A DNA stretch of 64,000 bases, from contig CAVTTN010000002.1 of NCBI GenBank assembly GCA_963737655.1, positions 1,824,001 to 1,888,000 of the forward strand, in the 5' to 3' direction. Of this stretch, positions 62,021-64,000 are shown one piece after another. Positions within the stretch are counted from its first letter, which is position 1. The number at the start of each line of letters is the position of its first letter. The notes under the pieces are model-generated. The model did not search any database and was not told the origin of the DNA. It saw only the letters and a program-made list of their open reading frames with translations. A program made the translations under genes and the position numbers. Source of the DNA: an uncultured Planctomycetota bacterium (lineage in GTDB: Bacteria > Planctomycetota > Planctomycetia > Isosphaerales > Isosphaeraceae).

Positions 62021-62749
62021 ATGGCCGAGACGGTCTGGAAACACGTGGAGGCGAAGACGGCGGCGGAGGTCTGCGGGGCGTTCACCCCGGAGCCCGAGTC
62101 GCGGGCCCTGCTCCGCGACGAGGACACCCCCCGCTCGTTCTTCGCGAGCCTGGCGAAGGCCGGTCACCACCCCGACGCCGTCCGCGTCCTCGCCCATGCG
62201 CTGCCGAAGCGAGAGGCCGTCTGGTGGGCCTGCCGGTGCGTGAAGATGGCCTCGGGCGACCCGCCCGAGCCGGGCGTGGCCGAGGCGTTGGAGGCGATCC
62301 AGCGATGGGCCGCCGACCCGACCGACGCCCACCGGCGCGCCGCGATGGCCGCCGGGGAGGTCCTCGGGATGAACACCCCGGCCGGCTGCACGGCCGCCGC
62401 CGCGTTCTTCAGCGGGGGGAGCCTCGGGCCGGCGAACCTGCCCGAGATCCCGCCCGGCCCGTGGCTGACGGCCCGGGCGGTCGTCGGCGCCGTGATCCTC
62501 GCCGCCGTCTCGCCCGACGCCGCGAAGGCGCCCGAGAAATTCGCCGCGTTCCTGGCCAAGGGCTCGGAGGTCGCCGACGGGGCCGACCGCTGGGCCGATC
62601 CCGAGAAGCCGGAAGAAGCCCAGGCGCCCGCCCCGGCCGCCCCGGGCGATCGCCCGGCCGCCCCCAAGATCGCGCCCCCGCCCCAGATCGCGCCGGCGTC
62701 CCGACGCCCCGCTCCGGCCCCTCCCCGAGGGTTCTTCAAGGAGTCCTGA
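62021..62749 (+). CDS. DUF6931-like protein (T6SS vgrG/PAAR-associated)
   Basis: LAHALPKREAVWWAC..W..DPT..RR.A..FSGGSL. Confidence 0.8.
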   Translation: MAETVWKHVEAKTAAEVCGAFTPEPESRALLRDEDTPRSFFASLAKAGHHPDAVRVLAHALPKREAVWWACRCVKMASGDPPEPGVAEALEAIQRWAADPTDAHRRAAMAAGEVLGMNTPAGCTAAAAFFSGGSLGPANLPEIPPGPWLTARAVVGAVILAAVSPDAAKAPEKFAAFLAKGSEVADGADRWADPEKPEEAQAPAPAAPGDRPAAPKIAPPPQIAPASRRPAPAPPRGFFKES

Positions 62750-62751
62750 CC

Positions 62752-63042
62752 ATGGGCATGCCCGCCGCGCGGATCACCGACATGCACGTCTGCCCGATGC
62801 TGACCGGGATCGTCCCCCACGTCGGGGGGCCGATCCTGCCGCCCGGAGGCATGCCGGTGCTGATCGGAGGGCTGCCGGCGGCGCGGGTCGGCGACATGCT
62901 CGTCTGCGTGGGGCCGCCCGACGTGATCGCCCTGGGCAGCTTCACCGTCCTGATCGCCGGGATGCCCGCGGCCAGGATGGGCGACCTGACGGCCCACGGA
63001 GGGGCGATCATCCTGGGACACCCCATGACCCTGGTCGGCTGA
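62752..63042 (+). CDS. PAAR domain protein
   Basis: Three PAAR motifs, HVCP and HGG. Confidence 0.96.
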   Translation: MGMPAARITDMHVCPMLTGIVPHVGGPILPPGGMPVLIGGLPAARVGDMLVCVGPPDVIALGSFTVLIAGMPAARMGDLTAHGGAIILGHPMTLVG

Positions 63043-63066
63043 GGCCCCCTTCCCCGAGGAGATCCC

Positions 63067-64000
63067 ATGCCCTCCTACAAGTCGGCGACACCTCACGGGA
63101 CCGGCCCTCGCGGCGGTCAGCCCGGGAACCGGCTGCTCAGCCGATCGGTCATATCCACGAACTATTTCGGCGACATCAGCTTCCCCGGGACGCCCGAGCA
63201 GCGATCGATCGCCGTGGACATCCTCCAGTTCGGCCTGGACCTCGGCGGGATCTTCGAGCCCACGCCGTTCTGCGACATCTCCAGCGGCCTGATCTCCCTG
63301 GGCCGCAAGGAGTGGCTGAACGCGGGCATCAGCGCCCTGAGCATCATCCCGTACATCGGCGACCTGGCGAAGGTGGGCAAGCTGCCGAAGTATCTCAACA
63401 CGATCCGCAAGGCCGTCCGGCTGGCCTCCGAGGACGCGAAATTCGCCGAGCACCTCCGCCCCCTGTTCCTCCGGCTCAAGACCCTGCTGGCCGATCTCCC
63501 GCCCAAGGCCCTGCCCGAGGCGGCCCGGGGCACGATCGCGCAGATCAAGGCGGAAGTCGATGGGTTCCTCAAGGGGGCTAAGGTCGCCGAGGGGCCGATC
63601 ACCAAGATCCTGGCGAGGCTCCCGGAGGGACTCAAGAAGCCGTTCGAGAAGGCCCTCGGCCTCCCCCTGATCCGCAACCCGAGGAAGCTGGCCAAGCACC
63701 ACGGGCCGGTCTCCGAGAAGGCCCTCCTCGAAGAGATCCTCCGCACCGAGAAATCCGAGAAAAAAGGCTTCGAGCTGGTGAAGAAGGGCGACCACAAGAT
63801 GGCGGGCAAGGGAGAATCGAGCGACGTCTACCTGAGAAAAGTCCTCGGCGAGGACGGCAAGACCTATTACGAGGCCATCCGGATCGACCGCAAGCTTGAG
63901 AACACGGCCCTGCGTCACGGGACGATCGACGCCGCTTCGCGAGAAGAGGGCGTCCGGGGAGGAATCCAGCTCCGGAATGAGGCGGAACGGGCCGCGACCC
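63067..64000 (+). CDS. Putative T6SS effector with pre-toxin TG-like domain, 3'-truncated by the window and absent from the ORF track
   Basis: GAGGAG RBS; LDLGGIFEPTPFCDISSGLISL..WLNAGISALSIIPYIGDLAKVGK; open to the window end. Confidence 0.8.
   Translation, partial: MPSYKSATPHGTGPRGGQPGNRLLSRSVISTNYFGDISFPGTPEQRSIAVDILQFGLDLGGIFEPTPFCDISSGLISLGRKEWLNAGISALSIIPYIGDLAKVGKLPKYLNTIRKAVRLASEDAKFAEHLRPLFLRLKTLLADLPPKALPEAARGTIAQIKAEVDGFLKGAKVAEGPITKILARLPEGLKKPFEKALGLPLIRNPRKLAKHHGPVSEKALLEEILRTEKSEKKGFELVKKGDHKMAGKGESSDVYLRKVLGEDGKTYYEAIRIDRKLENTALRHGTIDAASREEGVRGGIQLRNEAERAAT

Overview
GC-rich bacterial chromosome segment, almost certainly a planctomycete (Isosphaeraceae-like: Planctomycete-type LExR N-terminal motif, Planctomycete/Verrucomicrobia-type conserved protein, palindromic intergenic repeats). 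Left to right: (1) 1-10.1 kb, the end of a co-oriented phage-like structural cluster (DUF5309-like capsid, beta-helix/tail-fibre proteins). (2) 10-30 kb, mostly housekeeping genes (Trm112, probable 6S RNA, PSP1/RicT, hflX, truB, miaA, egtD, pdxA), a Fic protein with Tyr in place of the catalytic His, and a 147-bp MITE nested in a REP-like palindrome. (3) 31-39 kb, the most unusual locus: a polymorphic-toxin system whose Hint (intein-like) domain looks naturally SPLIT between genes. A ~1490-aa Ala-rich stalk protein carries only the first Hint strand (CFVAGTQVL) followed by a membrane anchor. Two downstream genes each encode a membrane anchor + the rest of the Hint domain + a different toxin, and each is followed by a candidate immunity gene. 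(4) 39-48 kb, a B12-riboswitch-led cobN-chlD-cobO operon with an inserted Mrr-like nuclease pair. (5) 49-59.5 kb, secreted WD40/caspase and pseudo-caspase proteins with a Ser/Thr kinase-FGE protein. (6) 59.7-64 kb, a vgrG-DUF6931-PAAR-effector T6SS cluster. About nine genes carry single-base indels in short G/C runs, most likely assembly errors. All family assignments come from motif recognition by eye, not database searches.
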